A stretch of DNA of 64,000 bases from an uncultured Candidatus Saccharibacteria bacterium (lineage in GTDB: Bacteria > Patescibacteriota > Saccharimonadia > Saccharimonadales > 2-12-FULL-41-12), in assembly GCA_964404795.1 (NCBI GenBank), contig CAYOLI010000001.1, forward strand, positions 17,059-81,058. The letters run 5' to 3'. This document shows, one piece after another, positions 18,361 through 26,742 of the stretch. The translations under genes and the position numbers were made by a program. Within the stretch, counting starts at the first letter, position 1; each line of letters opens with the position of its first letter. A model generated the notes under the pieces. It was not told the DNA's origin. It saw nothing but the letters and a program-made list of their open reading frames with translations, and ran no database searches.

Positions 18361-19086
18361 GGTTAAACCCTGCTACAGGGTTTAACCTTGTTGGTGCTAC
18401 TGGTTTGCTAGCTCGTGCTTTATGATATCAAGAGACTTCTTATTATCCTGATAGTCCGCTACGAATGTACTGTACTCTTTCCTGTCTGCAAAATTACCCA
18501 AAATATAATCGGGATGAACCCAATCATGTATAACAGTATTGTTGGCGTAATCGGGGTAACTGCTGTACCGCCAACTCTTATATTCTTTTGGGTTGAGATG
18601 TATATATCTTGTTATGTGCGCAAAGTAATCGTCATCTGTTATTAGTGATGCCTTGTAGCTACTTTCTAGCAATGTTCCCTTGCGTTTGTATTTTTTGTTG
18701 TAATACATGGTATAAGCCGTACCAACACCCTGCATAAGCTCAGAGATGGCTTTTGGATTATCTTTCTGGAATAAAAGCAAGTGATAATGATTTGGCATCC
18801 AACAAAACGCCAATACCTCGATCTCGTCACCTAGCCATTTGCATTCCCTCCCATACCTGTCTATTCCTGGCTTAGGACCGGCAGATCTAGCAAATAGCGA
18901 CGAAAAAAATTTATAGTCATCCTCATCCACAAAGATAGTTTTTTTGTCGACACCACGATTGTAAACATGATAATAGGCATCTGCTGAAAACTGACGAACC
19001 AAATTCTTGCCTGGCATAAAGTAATATTACCAATAGTATTATTGCTTTACAAGGTTAAACCCTGCTACAGGGTTTAACCTTGTTGG
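18358..19086. mobile_element. IS200-like / REP-associated tyrosine transposase unit bounded by identical 37-nt palindromic direct repeats
   Basis: caaggttaaaccctgctacagggtttaaccttgttgg occurs at 18358-18394 and 19050-19086; each contains a 12-bp perfect-stem palindrome ggttaaaccctg/cagggtttaacc; single HuH-Y1 gene between. Confidence 0.6.
18397..19017 (-). CDS. Y1 HuH transposase, IS200/RAYT family (PF01797-like)
   Basis: YHVYNRG (beta-strand 1), MPNHYHLLL (HuH), ITRYIHLNP (catalytic Tyr helix) align with E. coli RayT/IS200 TnpA motifs; 206 aa. Confidence 0.65.
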   Translation of the reverse strand: MPGKNLVRQFSADAYYHVYNRGVDKKTIFVDEDDYKFFSSLFARSAGPKPGIDRYGRECKWLGDEIEVLAFCWMPNHYHLLLFQKDNPKAISELMQGVGTAYTMYYNKKYKRKGTLLESSYKASLITDDDYFAHITRYIHLNPKEYKSWRYSSYPDYANNTVIHDWVHPDYILGNFADRKEYSTFVADYQDNKKSLDIIKHELANQ

Positions 19087-19164
19087 GGTTTGTGGGAGAG
19101 ATAAATGTTTGGAGGTTGGGGGATATTTTTTGGAGGAGAATTGGGGTGTGGGGGTTGGAGTGCA

Positions 19165-19192
19165 AAGTAAAACAGGGCTTTCGCCCTGTTTA
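19165..19192 (-). terminator. intrinsic terminator downstream of pilA
   Basis: Minus-strand RNA: aacagggcgaaagcccuguu hairpin followed by UUUU. Confidence 0.5.
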
Positions 19193-19215
19193 TTGTACTC
19201 CTGTCGTCAGTTTTT

Positions 19216-19659
19216 TTACGATTCTTGGCAAGCCGCAGACAACCCACCAGATGTTTCTATCATGTATTGTATGGCGACTGATCTAGCACTAGAGGCGGCT
19301 GTCGCGCCAGAGGCACCACATTTTGCACCAGTCACTATTGTCATGGTGTCAGTAGTAAGAGCATTTTGAACACCTGCTGCCCAAGCTGCGGTAGAATAGT
19401 AACTCAAATTAGAATCGGATACTACTTTCGTCTGATCTGCACCGGAAGACGGTAATTTACCGTTGTTATTTGCTACAAACTCATTTATGATACCCAAAGT
19501 TCTTTGAACATCATTTTTCTTTTGTGTAGTTCTGCTATTTCTTTGCAGTGCTGGTACAGCCAGAAATACTATTAATAGAATCAATCCAGCGATGGCAAGA
19601 ACGATTAGCACCTCGATAATGGTGAACCCTTGCTGTTTAGTTTGTAGTTTGCTTTTCAT
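19216..19659 (-). CDS. pilA: major type IVa pilin
   Basis: MKSKLQTKQQG|FTIIEVLIVLAIAGLILLIV prepilin leader and N-methyl Phe motif; C-terminal Cys pair (D-region); 147 aa. Confidence 0.8.
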   Translation of the reverse strand: MKSKLQTKQQGFTIIEVLIVLAIAGLILLIVFLAVPALQRNSRTTQKKNDVQRTLGIINEFVANNNGKLPSSGADQTKVVSDSNLSYYSTAAWAAGVQNALTTDTMTIVTGAKCGASGATAASSARSVAIQYMIETSGGLSAACQES

Positions 19660-19681
19660 ATGTTTTCACACCCTCCTGCGA

Positions 19682-19710
19682 ATAATATCGTTTATGCTTA
19701 TGTTTGTAAA
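19682..19710 (-). promoter_or_regulatory. putative sigma-70 promoter of pilA (-35 TTTACA, 17-nt spacer, -10 TATTAT)
   Basis: Read on minus strand; followed by RBS GGAGG 8 nt before ATG. Confidence 0.3.
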
Positions 19711-19759
19711 TTTACATTAATTTATAAATTATTACAATACCTATCTAATATCTAACCCC

Positions 19760-20983
19760 TTACTTAATAATGCTCTGCCCCGCCAGGCCGTAAATTGGCA
19801 GCAACACCGCAGCAACCACAGTGAAGGCCATAATACCTAAAAGAACCATCAGAAGTGGCTCGATTAGTGTTGAAATGGTCTTGATTTGCTGGTCTACCTC
19901 TTTTTCGTAATAGTCGGCAATTTTAGCTAACATATCTTCAATAGCGCCAGATTGTTCGCCGATGTGAATCATGTTTGGCACTAGTTCTAAAAAGTTGGTA
20001 TCGCCTTCGATAGATTCGCTCAAAGATTTACCACCTTTAATTTTTTCGATTGCCCTATCGATGCTGCGCTCGATATGTACGTTGTTGACCGATTTGGCAA
20101 CGATTTCGAGCATCTGAATTAGAGGTACACCACTAGCTACAAGCGTGTTGGCGGTTCTTGCAAAACGTGCCATGTAAAGCTTCATAAACAGTGGGCCAAA
20201 AGGCCAAGCGGTCATCTTGAATTTGTCTATTACATCTCGCCCACCCGGGGTACGAGCATATTTTGTGGTAGCAAAAATGGCAAAAACTATAAGCAGTAAA
20301 ACGGCCCACCAATATTTCGTTGTAAAATGAGAGACAGCTAATAATATCTTGGTAACCAGTGGCAAGCTGGCCCCTGGGATATCTTTGTAAATTACCTCCA
20401 CCTGAGGTAGCACCTTGACCACCATAAAACCAATTACGGCAAACATCACAAAAATAACCACAGCCGGATACGCCATTGCACCACGTACTTTGCTCATGAT
20501 TTCGGCGTCTTTTTCTTGCTGATAGGCAATTCTTTCCAGCGCCTTATCTAAAGTACCAGAGGCCTCGCCCGCAGCAATTAGGTTGATATAGATGCTGTTA
20601 AAAACATCTGGGTGCCTGCCAAGCGCAACCGAAAAGGCCTTACCACCTTCTACATCGTTAATAATCTCGTTGATAACGACCTTAAATGCTTTATTTTCGG
20701 TTTGCCCAGCAACTTGGCGCAAGCTTTGAACTAATGGTAAACCAGCATTGATAAGTGTCGACATCTGACGAGAAAAAATGATTTTTTCTTTGGTTTTTAT
20801 ACGGTTTCGCAATTTGGCGATTGGGTTTGACCCACCCGCAACACCCTCGGCATGAATAGAGATTGGAGCCAGTCCTTCGCCCTTGATGAGTTTTACCGCA
20901 GATGCTTCGTTGTCGGCCTGAACTTGGGCTTTAATTTTTTTGCCGGTTGCTGGGTCTCTTGCCGTGTAGTTATACGTTAGCAT
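19760..20983 (-). CDS. pilC: type IV pilus inner-membrane platform protein (GspF family)
   Basis: Two T2SS-F repeats and three TM helices; 407 aa. Confidence 0.9.
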   Translation of the reverse strand: MLTYNYTARDPATGKKIKAQVQADNEASAVKLIKGEGLAPISIHAEGVAGGSNPIAKLRNRIKTKEKIIFSRQMSTLINAGLPLVQSLRQVAGQTENKAFKVVINEIINDVEGGKAFSVALGRHPDVFNSIYINLIAAGEASGTLDKALERIAYQQEKDAEIMSKVRGAMAYPAVVIFVMFAVIGFMVVKVLPQVEVIYKDIPGASLPLVTKILLAVSHFTTKYWWAVLLLIVFAIFATTKYARTPGGRDVIDKFKMTAWPFGPLFMKLYMARFARTANTLVASGVPLIQMLEIVAKSVNNVHIERSIDRAIEKIKGGKSLSESIEGDTNFLELVPNMIHIGEQSGAIEDMLAKIADYYEKEVDQQIKTISTLIEPLLMVLLGIMAFTVVAAVLLPIYGLAGQSIIK

Positions 20984-20988
20984 CTAGA

Positions 20989-22059
20989 TTATCCCCTCAT
21001 CATGCGATCTAATTCTTCAATATCGACAGCAAAGTTTCGTGCTTCGTCGTAGGTAATTGTACCGGCATGAATTAACCCTGCTAGCGTCTTGTCCATCGAT
21101 TGCATACCGTACTCGGCACCGGTCTGAATAACAGCGTCCAGTTGATGGCTTTTGCCTTCGCGAATAATATTGCGCACTGCAGGAGTAGCCACCAAGATTT
21201 CGGCGGCGGCAATTCGCCCACCACCAATGGTTGGGATAAGTCTCTGAGAGCAAATACCCATCAAAATATTAGATAGCTGGGCCCTAACTTGCGGTTGCTG
21301 GTGAGGCGGAAAAACATCTATCATTCTGTCTATACTCTGAGCGGCTGAGTTGGTGTGCAGTGTGGCAAACACTAAATGCCCTGTTTCGGCAATGGTTATA
21401 GCGGCGGCAATTGTTTCGAGGTCGCGCATCTCGCCAATCAGAACAACGTCGGGGTCTTGACGCAAACTGCTTCGCAGAGCGGCCGAAAACGAATAGGTAT
21501 CGTAGTGGACCTCTCGCTGAACAATAACCGACTTGTTACTTTTATGAGTGAACTCTATTGGGTCTTCGATAGTCACAATATGAACGGCTCGTTCGCTATT
21601 AATTTTGTGTACCAGTCCAGCTAACGTAGTTGATTTTCCAGAGCCCGTTGGGCCTGTTACAAGTACCAGACCCCTTGGGTAATCGGCAAATTTATCGATT
21701 ACTTTTGGCAACCCAAGCTGTTCGATAGTTAGCATTTCGTTTGGGATAAGTCGCAGGGCGGCAGCTAAGTTGCCTCTTTCATGAAAAGCATTAACTCGAA
21801 ACCGGCCTAAATCGCCAAATGCAAAGCTAAAATCGAACTCTTTATCTTTTAGCAAAATTTGTTTTTGCTCGTCGTCTAAAATTGCAAAAATCAAACTCTC
21901 TACTGCCTCTTCGTTTAATGTTTGCCCGCCAGTTACAGGTGTGAGCGCACCGTCAACACGTAGCATTGGCGGAAGACCAACCTGCAGGTGCAAGTCAGAC
22001 GCCTTCTTTTTTACAACTTCTTCTAGTAGTAGTTCTATTCTTAGTTCTTGTGCACTCAT
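20989..22059 (-). CDS. pilT: twitching-motility retraction ATPase
   Basis: Walker A GPTGSGKSTT, HIVTIEDPIEF, AAAITIAETGHLVFATLHTNSAAQ; 356 aa. Confidence 0.9.
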   Translation of the reverse strand: MSAQELRIELLLEEVVKKKASDLHLQVGLPPMLRVDGALTPVTGGQTLNEEAVESLIFAILDDEQKQILLKDKEFDFSFAFGDLGRFRVNAFHERGNLAAALRLIPNEMLTIEQLGLPKVIDKFADYPRGLVLVTGPTGSGKSTTLAGLVHKINSERAVHIVTIEDPIEFTHKSNKSVIVQREVHYDTYSFSAALRSSLRQDPDVVLIGEMRDLETIAAAITIAETGHLVFATLHTNSAAQSIDRMIDVFPPHQQPQVRAQLSNILMGICSQRLIPTIGGGRIAAAEILVATPAVRNIIREGKSHQLDAVIQTGAEYGMQSMDKTLAGLIHAGTITYDEARNFAVDIEELDRMMRG

Positions 22060-22070
22060 AAAATTATTTC

Positions 22071-23912
22071 TTATGCGCTCCCTTCGGCCGCTACTCTATT
22101 TACCTCGCTAATGGTGGTTAGACCCTCTAGTGCCTTGAGGTAACCATCTTCTCGCATGGTAATCATTCCCTCTTTTTGAGCAGCTTTTTGGATCTCACTG
22201 CTTGTTGACTGCTTTAAGATGAGTTGCTGAATGGCCTCGCTCACCTCAAAGACCTCGTACAAGCCCATCCGCCCTTTATATCCACCCGGAGTTTCAGGAC
22301 TATCCTGAGCTTTATACAAAGTATAAGCGTTATCGGTAGCAAGTGGCAAGGTCTGATAGCCCAAATCTTCAGCTTTTGCTTGCCTTTCGCCGTCGTCTTT
22401 CGGTAACAAGTGGCCAACACTGCCAATAATTGCTGCTTTTTCGGCAGCATCTGACTGATATGACTCTTTGCCGTTATCGGCAATACGCCGAACTAAGCGC
22501 TGTCCAATAACAGTGTGCACTGTCGAGGCAATCAAAAATGGCTCAATTCCCATATCTAGCAACCTGGGCAAAATCCCAGCTGCTGAGTTTGTGTGAAGAG
22601 TACTAAAGACAAGGTGTCCAGTAAGAGCGGCCTGTACTGCAAGCGTGGCCGTTTCTTTGTCTCGAATCTCCCCCACCATAACTACATCGGGGTCTTGCCG
22701 CAAAATAGAGCGTAGTCCAGATGCAAAGGTCAATCCAACCTCGGCATTTACCTGTATCTGATTGATCCCATCCATTTTGTATTCGACCGGGTCTTCGAGC
22801 GTAACGATATTGATGGTATCGTTTTTAATTTCCTGAATTAAAGCGTAAAGCGATGTTGACTTACCAGATCCCGTTGGACCCGAGGTCAAGATCATACCAT
22901 TTGGTTGTTCTAAACCTTTTCTAATAGTTCTAAGAGCTCTGCCTTTATAACCCATATCCTCGAGTTTTAAGCTAGTACCTGTTTTGTCCAGCAATCGAAT
23001 AACCACTTGTTCACCCCAAACAACTGGCGAGATGGCAATACGCAAGTCAATTGGCGCGTTAGCCACGACCACTGTAAATTGACCATCTTGAGGGGTTCGG
23101 TGTTCATCTATTTTTAGATTACTTAAAATTTTTATTCGAGATATCAGTGGCGCTTCTGTGTTTTTAGGTAACTTCATTATTTCGCGCAGTACGCCATCTA
23201 TTCTGCAACGTATTTTCAAAACTTTTTCGAGTGGCTCAATGTGAATATCGCTGGCTCGGTTTTTAGCCGCGTACTCTAAAATTGTTGTTAATGCCTTAGA
23301 AATTGGCGAGTCCTGAACTATTGTTTTGATGTTTTTGTTCTCGCGATTGGGCTCTAGCGCCGGCTTGTCGCCTTTTGTTGCCTCGTCGGCTTGCCCTGTA
23401 GTCGAATCTGAAACATCTGCTTCGCCGGCCGTTTTTAAGCCAATTGTTTTGGCTACATCTGCTTCGACATCTTCGTCGTACTGCTTTAAAACCCTCCTAA
23501 TGCCATCTTCGCTGGCCGTATACACCTTTAGTGGACGACCAATGCGATTAGACAAAAAGTCTACTGCTTGTACGTTGTCGGCATCGAGCATGGCAACAAT
23601 CAAACGCTTTTGGATTCTACCAAGCGGTACAGCCATGTAGCGCTCTGCCAGATCTTTTGGAAGCAAGCGCAAAACATCTCTTTCAATACGAGCATCGGAC
23701 AAGTTTACATACGGTACATGGTTTATTTTGGCAATTAGCTTTGTTAATACTTCGCTCGATACATGGCCATCGCTAACAAGTAGTCCAAAAAATGGCTCGC
23801 TCTCTTGCTCGGCCTTGTTTTTTACCCTCTCTAGCAGTGCCTGGGTTATGTACCCCTCATCAACAAGTGATTTTTCTATTTGTTTTTGACCGTCGGCCGA
23901 AAGAACACTCAC
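22071..23912 (-). CDS. pilB: type IV pilus extension ATPase (GspE family) with N-terminal T2SSE_N domain
   Basis: Walker A GPTGSGKSTS, His box, tetra-Cys absent but overall PilB architecture; 613 aa. Confidence 0.9.
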   Translation of the reverse strand: MSVLSADGQKQIEKSLVDEGYITQALLERVKNKAEQESEPFFGLLVSDGHVSSEVLTKLIAKINHVPYVNLSDARIERDVLRLLPKDLAERYMAVPLGRIQKRLIVAMLDADNVQAVDFLSNRIGRPLKVYTASEDGIRRVLKQYDEDVEADVAKTIGLKTAGEADVSDSTTGQADEATKGDKPALEPNRENKNIKTIVQDSPISKALTTILEYAAKNRASDIHIEPLEKVLKIRCRIDGVLREIMKLPKNTEAPLISRIKILSNLKIDEHRTPQDGQFTVVVANAPIDLRIAISPVVWGEQVVIRLLDKTGTSLKLEDMGYKGRALRTIRKGLEQPNGMILTSGPTGSGKSTSLYALIQEIKNDTINIVTLEDPVEYKMDGINQIQVNAEVGLTFASGLRSILRQDPDVVMVGEIRDKETATLAVQAALTGHLVFSTLHTNSAAGILPRLLDMGIEPFLIASTVHTVIGQRLVRRIADNGKESYQSDAAEKAAIIGSVGHLLPKDDGERQAKAEDLGYQTLPLATDNAYTLYKAQDSPETPGGYKGRMGLYEVFEVSEAIQQLILKQSTSSEIQKAAQKEGMITMREDGYLKALEGLTTISEVNRVAAEGSA

Positions 23913-23925
23913 CTATACAATCCTT

Positions 23926-24162
23926 TTAAAACGGATTGGTATTAGTTCCATCGCCAATCTGTATAAGCTTTGTTGGGTTAATTGCATTTTGGTTAAAGAC
24001 ATTTGGATCTGGCTTTTTAAAATCAGCTGTTACAACGTCCACTACCTCGGCCTTGAGGTTTTGGCTTTTTTGGCCTCCGAAGAGGAATTGAGAGATAGCA
24101 AAAGAAAATATTGCAGCTACTACTCCAACGGCAATCAGTATTGCTAAACCGTTCTTTTTCAT
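23926..24162 (-). CDS. small single-pass membrane protein within pil operon (PilP-like position)
   Basis: 78 aa, N-terminal TM helix; 4-nt overlap with upstream gene. Confidence 0.3.
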   Translation of the reverse strand: MKKNGLAILIAVGVVAAIFSFAISQFLFGGQKSQNLKAEVVDVVTADFKKPDPNVFNQNAINPTKLIQIGDGTNTNPF

Positions 24163-24881
24163 CGTTTTGTAGCTCCTTTACTCTTGGCAGGTGTCTTAGA
24201 GCCGCTGGTTTTTACGACCTCTTTGCGCACTGTAAAGATGGTATCGGGTTGATAGAATGTTTTCATATCCAAAGCTACTTTTAGCTGATCCTGGTTACCG
24301 TTAACAGTTATTTTTTTAACCTGCATTGGACGAATGGATCGCTCGAATAAGCTGACAAAATTGCTTGCATTTTGCGAACTGACATCGGCTTCAACGCTAA
24401 ATGGTATTTCGACCGCCTTTGGGGTATCAGTATTTTTTGCGGCCGATTGCGATACCTCATCGTCTGTGCCTGTAAGAGAACTCAGTGCAATATTGTTGTC
24501 TTTGAGCATTTTCTCAACGCTAGTAGCAAGAGCCGGGAAGTCGTACTTGCCTGGCAGAGCGTCTAGTACAATACGCGCGTTTTCACCGTCATGATCGCCG
24601 CTGCCATTTGGGTTACCGCCAAGAATATTTTCTGGAGTATTAGCAAACTCTTGGTAGGTAGTGTTTAGTTTTTTGGCCTCTACAAGGTTTTTCTTCATCT
24701 GATCGCGCGCTTTTTCTTGCTTTTTGATGACTTTCGATTGATAGCTCGCTTGCCCAATTAGTGCCTTGATGCCCACCAATGAAAATATCGATACAAAAAC
24801 CGCCACACTAACCGCTACTAGCAAAGTCCCTTGAGCTTTGTCGATTGCTATTCGCTTTAATGATAGTTGTGCCCTTGCCAT
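24159..24881 (-). CDS. PilO-like pilus assembly protein
   Basis: Single N-terminal TM followed by coiled-coil and periplasmic domain; positional homologue between pilN and pilB. Confidence 0.4.
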   Translation of the reverse strand: MARAQLSLKRIAIDKAQGTLLVAVSVAVFVSIFSLVGIKALIGQASYQSKVIKKQEKARDQMKKNLVEAKKLNTTYQEFANTPENILGGNPNGSGDHDGENARIVLDALPGKYDFPALATSVEKMLKDNNIALSSLTGTDDEVSQSAAKNTDTPKAVEIPFSVEADVSSQNASNFVSLFERSIRPMQVKKITVNGNQDQLKVALDMKTFYQPDTIFTVRKEVVKTSGSKTPAKSKGATKR

Positions 24882-25621
24882 TACCTTCTCTCCTGTGGGT
24901 TTTTCGTTGGTTGAGAGTCAAACAAAATGCCGGGTTGGTCTAGCGCCGACCTAGTGGTTATTTTGTTTGGAACAATTAGGTTTACATCTGTAGATTTGCC
25001 TTGATCGTCTTTAACATTAGTAAAGATTGTTGGATCGAATGAAAAATCTATTTTGTAGCTGACGGCCTTGTTGCCATCTTTTGCTTGTCCCCCGCCCGAA
25101 GATACACCGAAGCTAGTCAAAACTACCTTGCTAAAGGCGTCGCCTTCTTTTTTGTCTGCTCCGTTAGATCTGAAGGTAGTAAACTTTAGTGTGTCTGTAA
25201 ACTTGTTGACTGTGTTTAGAGAATCGGCGTTACCCTGAATGCTCATTGTGTTGGCTTCTAAGTCGACCTCTACATCAGAAATAGTGGCCTGCGTCGGCGT
25301 AACTTGCTTTAAAAATCCAAATAACCGCGAACTAATAGCTTTTTTATCGTGTAGTTCGGGTAAACTCTTTAGCTGGTTTTGTACAGTTAATATTTTGTCT
25401 AGATTTTCGATTTTGTGAATCTCTTTATTTTGTTTTTCAATGTCGCTACTAACTGCTTTCATCTGATATGGTTGAGATACTTTGACCACCACAACCAAAA
25501 TGATTAAAACAGCTAAAAATGCTGCCGAAACAACGGACGAAATCATAATAGCCAGTCGCTGTCGATTACGAGCACGCAGATATTCAAGCTTTACGTCTGG
25601 AAGTAAATTAAACTGAATCAT
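24881..25621 (-). CDS. pilN: type IV pilus assembly protein PilN
   Basis: N-terminal IQFNLLP motif plus TM helix, characteristic of PilN. Confidence 0.65.
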   Translation of the reverse strand: MIQFNLLPDVKLEYLRARNRQRLAIMISSVVSAAFLAVLIILVVVVKVSQPYQMKAVSSDIEKQNKEIHKIENLDKILTVQNQLKSLPELHDKKAISSRLFGFLKQVTPTQATISDVEVDLEANTMSIQGNADSLNTVNKFTDTLKFTTFRSNGADKKEGDAFSKVVLTSFGVSSGGGQAKDGNKAVSYKIDFSFDPTIFTNVKDDQGKSTDVNLIVPNKITTRSALDQPGILFDSQPTKNPQERR

Positions 25622-26658
25622 GGATTTCTCTCCGCTAGCCCAACCGCTACTCCAAAGTGATTACTAACAGCCATCAATTCATTCTGGCGCTCCATACCGT
25701 ATTGCACGTTTTGCCATGCGTTGCCAATCTCGACATTTATACCAAATTTGTTAGCAATGTGTATTGGAAACTCTGGTAGCGCCGAAGCTCCACCAGTCAT
25801 ATAAATCTTCTCGATTTTGGTACCAGAATATCGCGTCTCGAAAAACTTTATGGACTTGTCTATATCGCCCATTAACAGATCAATTATGCCGATAATGGCG
25901 TGGTATACCTGGCCTTCTAGTTTTTGTTCGCTAAGACCAAACTTAAATACAAACTCTTGGGCCTGTTTTTCTTCGATGTTTAGATTTTGCATGGCCGATT
26001 TTACAATTGCATCAGAGCCAGTTGGTATTGCTCTGGTTAGACGCGGTGCACCGTTCATGGTAACTACTAGGTCGGTGCTTTGCTTGCCAATGTCCAAGAT
26101 CATACATGGTGCATTAAAGTCCGCAGGCAAAATTGCTCTAACTAGGGCAAGGTTGTCTGGTTCGAAAGCCACCACCTCTAGCCCAATGGACTCTAACAAA
26201 TCGAGTCGTGCCTCGACAAAAGCGTTTGGTACGCTAGATAATAACACTTCAACTTTGTTGGCGTCTTTCGGAGAGTCCCCAATGACAGCCCAGTCAATCT
26301 TGCTTTCGGCCAAAGGCGTTGGTATTAGTGCGTCGGCCTGTGCCCTGATGGTTTGTGATAACTCTTGTGGGCTAAGTCGTTCGATATCAACAACTGTGGT
26401 AAAAACTCTTTGTGATGGAATGCCCACAGCAACATTTTTTGTGGTGATACCGGCTGCCGATAGTACCTCTTGTATGCGCTGAGCCAACTTTTGTTGGTCG
26501 GCTTTTGAGTCGCTTTGGCTGACCTTTGGATCAATTGGTGTTATAGAGTACTTGAGTAACTGTCGTAATTTGCCACCACCAGTCAACTGTACAGCCCGAA
26601 TTGCAGAGGTGCCAATGTCTAAGCCAAAGAATTCGGATGCCCCACTCAATATACTCAT
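25618..26658 (-). CDS. pilM: type IV pilus assembly ATPase-like protein PilM (actin fold)
   Basis: FFGLDIGTSAIRAVQL N-terminal motif and FtsA-like fold; 346 aa. Confidence 0.85.
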   Translation of the reverse strand: MSILSGASEFFGLDIGTSAIRAVQLTGGGKLRQLLKYSITPIDPKVSQSDSKADQQKLAQRIQEVLSAAGITTKNVAVGIPSQRVFTTVVDIERLSPQELSQTIRAQADALIPTPLAESKIDWAVIGDSPKDANKVEVLLSSVPNAFVEARLDLLESIGLEVVAFEPDNLALVRAILPADFNAPCMILDIGKQSTDLVVTMNGAPRLTRAIPTGSDAIVKSAMQNLNIEEKQAQEFVFKFGLSEQKLEGQVYHAIIGIIDLLMGDIDKSIKFFETRYSGTKIEKIYMTGGASALPEFPIHIANKFGINVEIGNAWQNVQYGMERQNELMAVSNHFGVAVGLAERNP

Positions 26659-26742
26659 AATTCTTTTGTTTATACCTATGTATTTACTTTGTAAAAGTAT
26701 AGCATAACCAATTTCAAATACCAGTGTTATTTATATTTTTTG

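Noticed and set aside
19080-19369. Two small plus-strand ORFs (MLGFVGEINVW..., MEVGGYF...) over the G-rich tract and the pilA 3' end
   Set aside because: They consist of Gly/Trp from G-runs and overlap the pilA terminator and C-terminus. They are compositional artefacts.
25817-26482. 221-aa ORF antisense inside pilM
   Set aside because: The pilM frame has strong family motifs over the same bases. The long antisense ORF is a by-product of codon bias.
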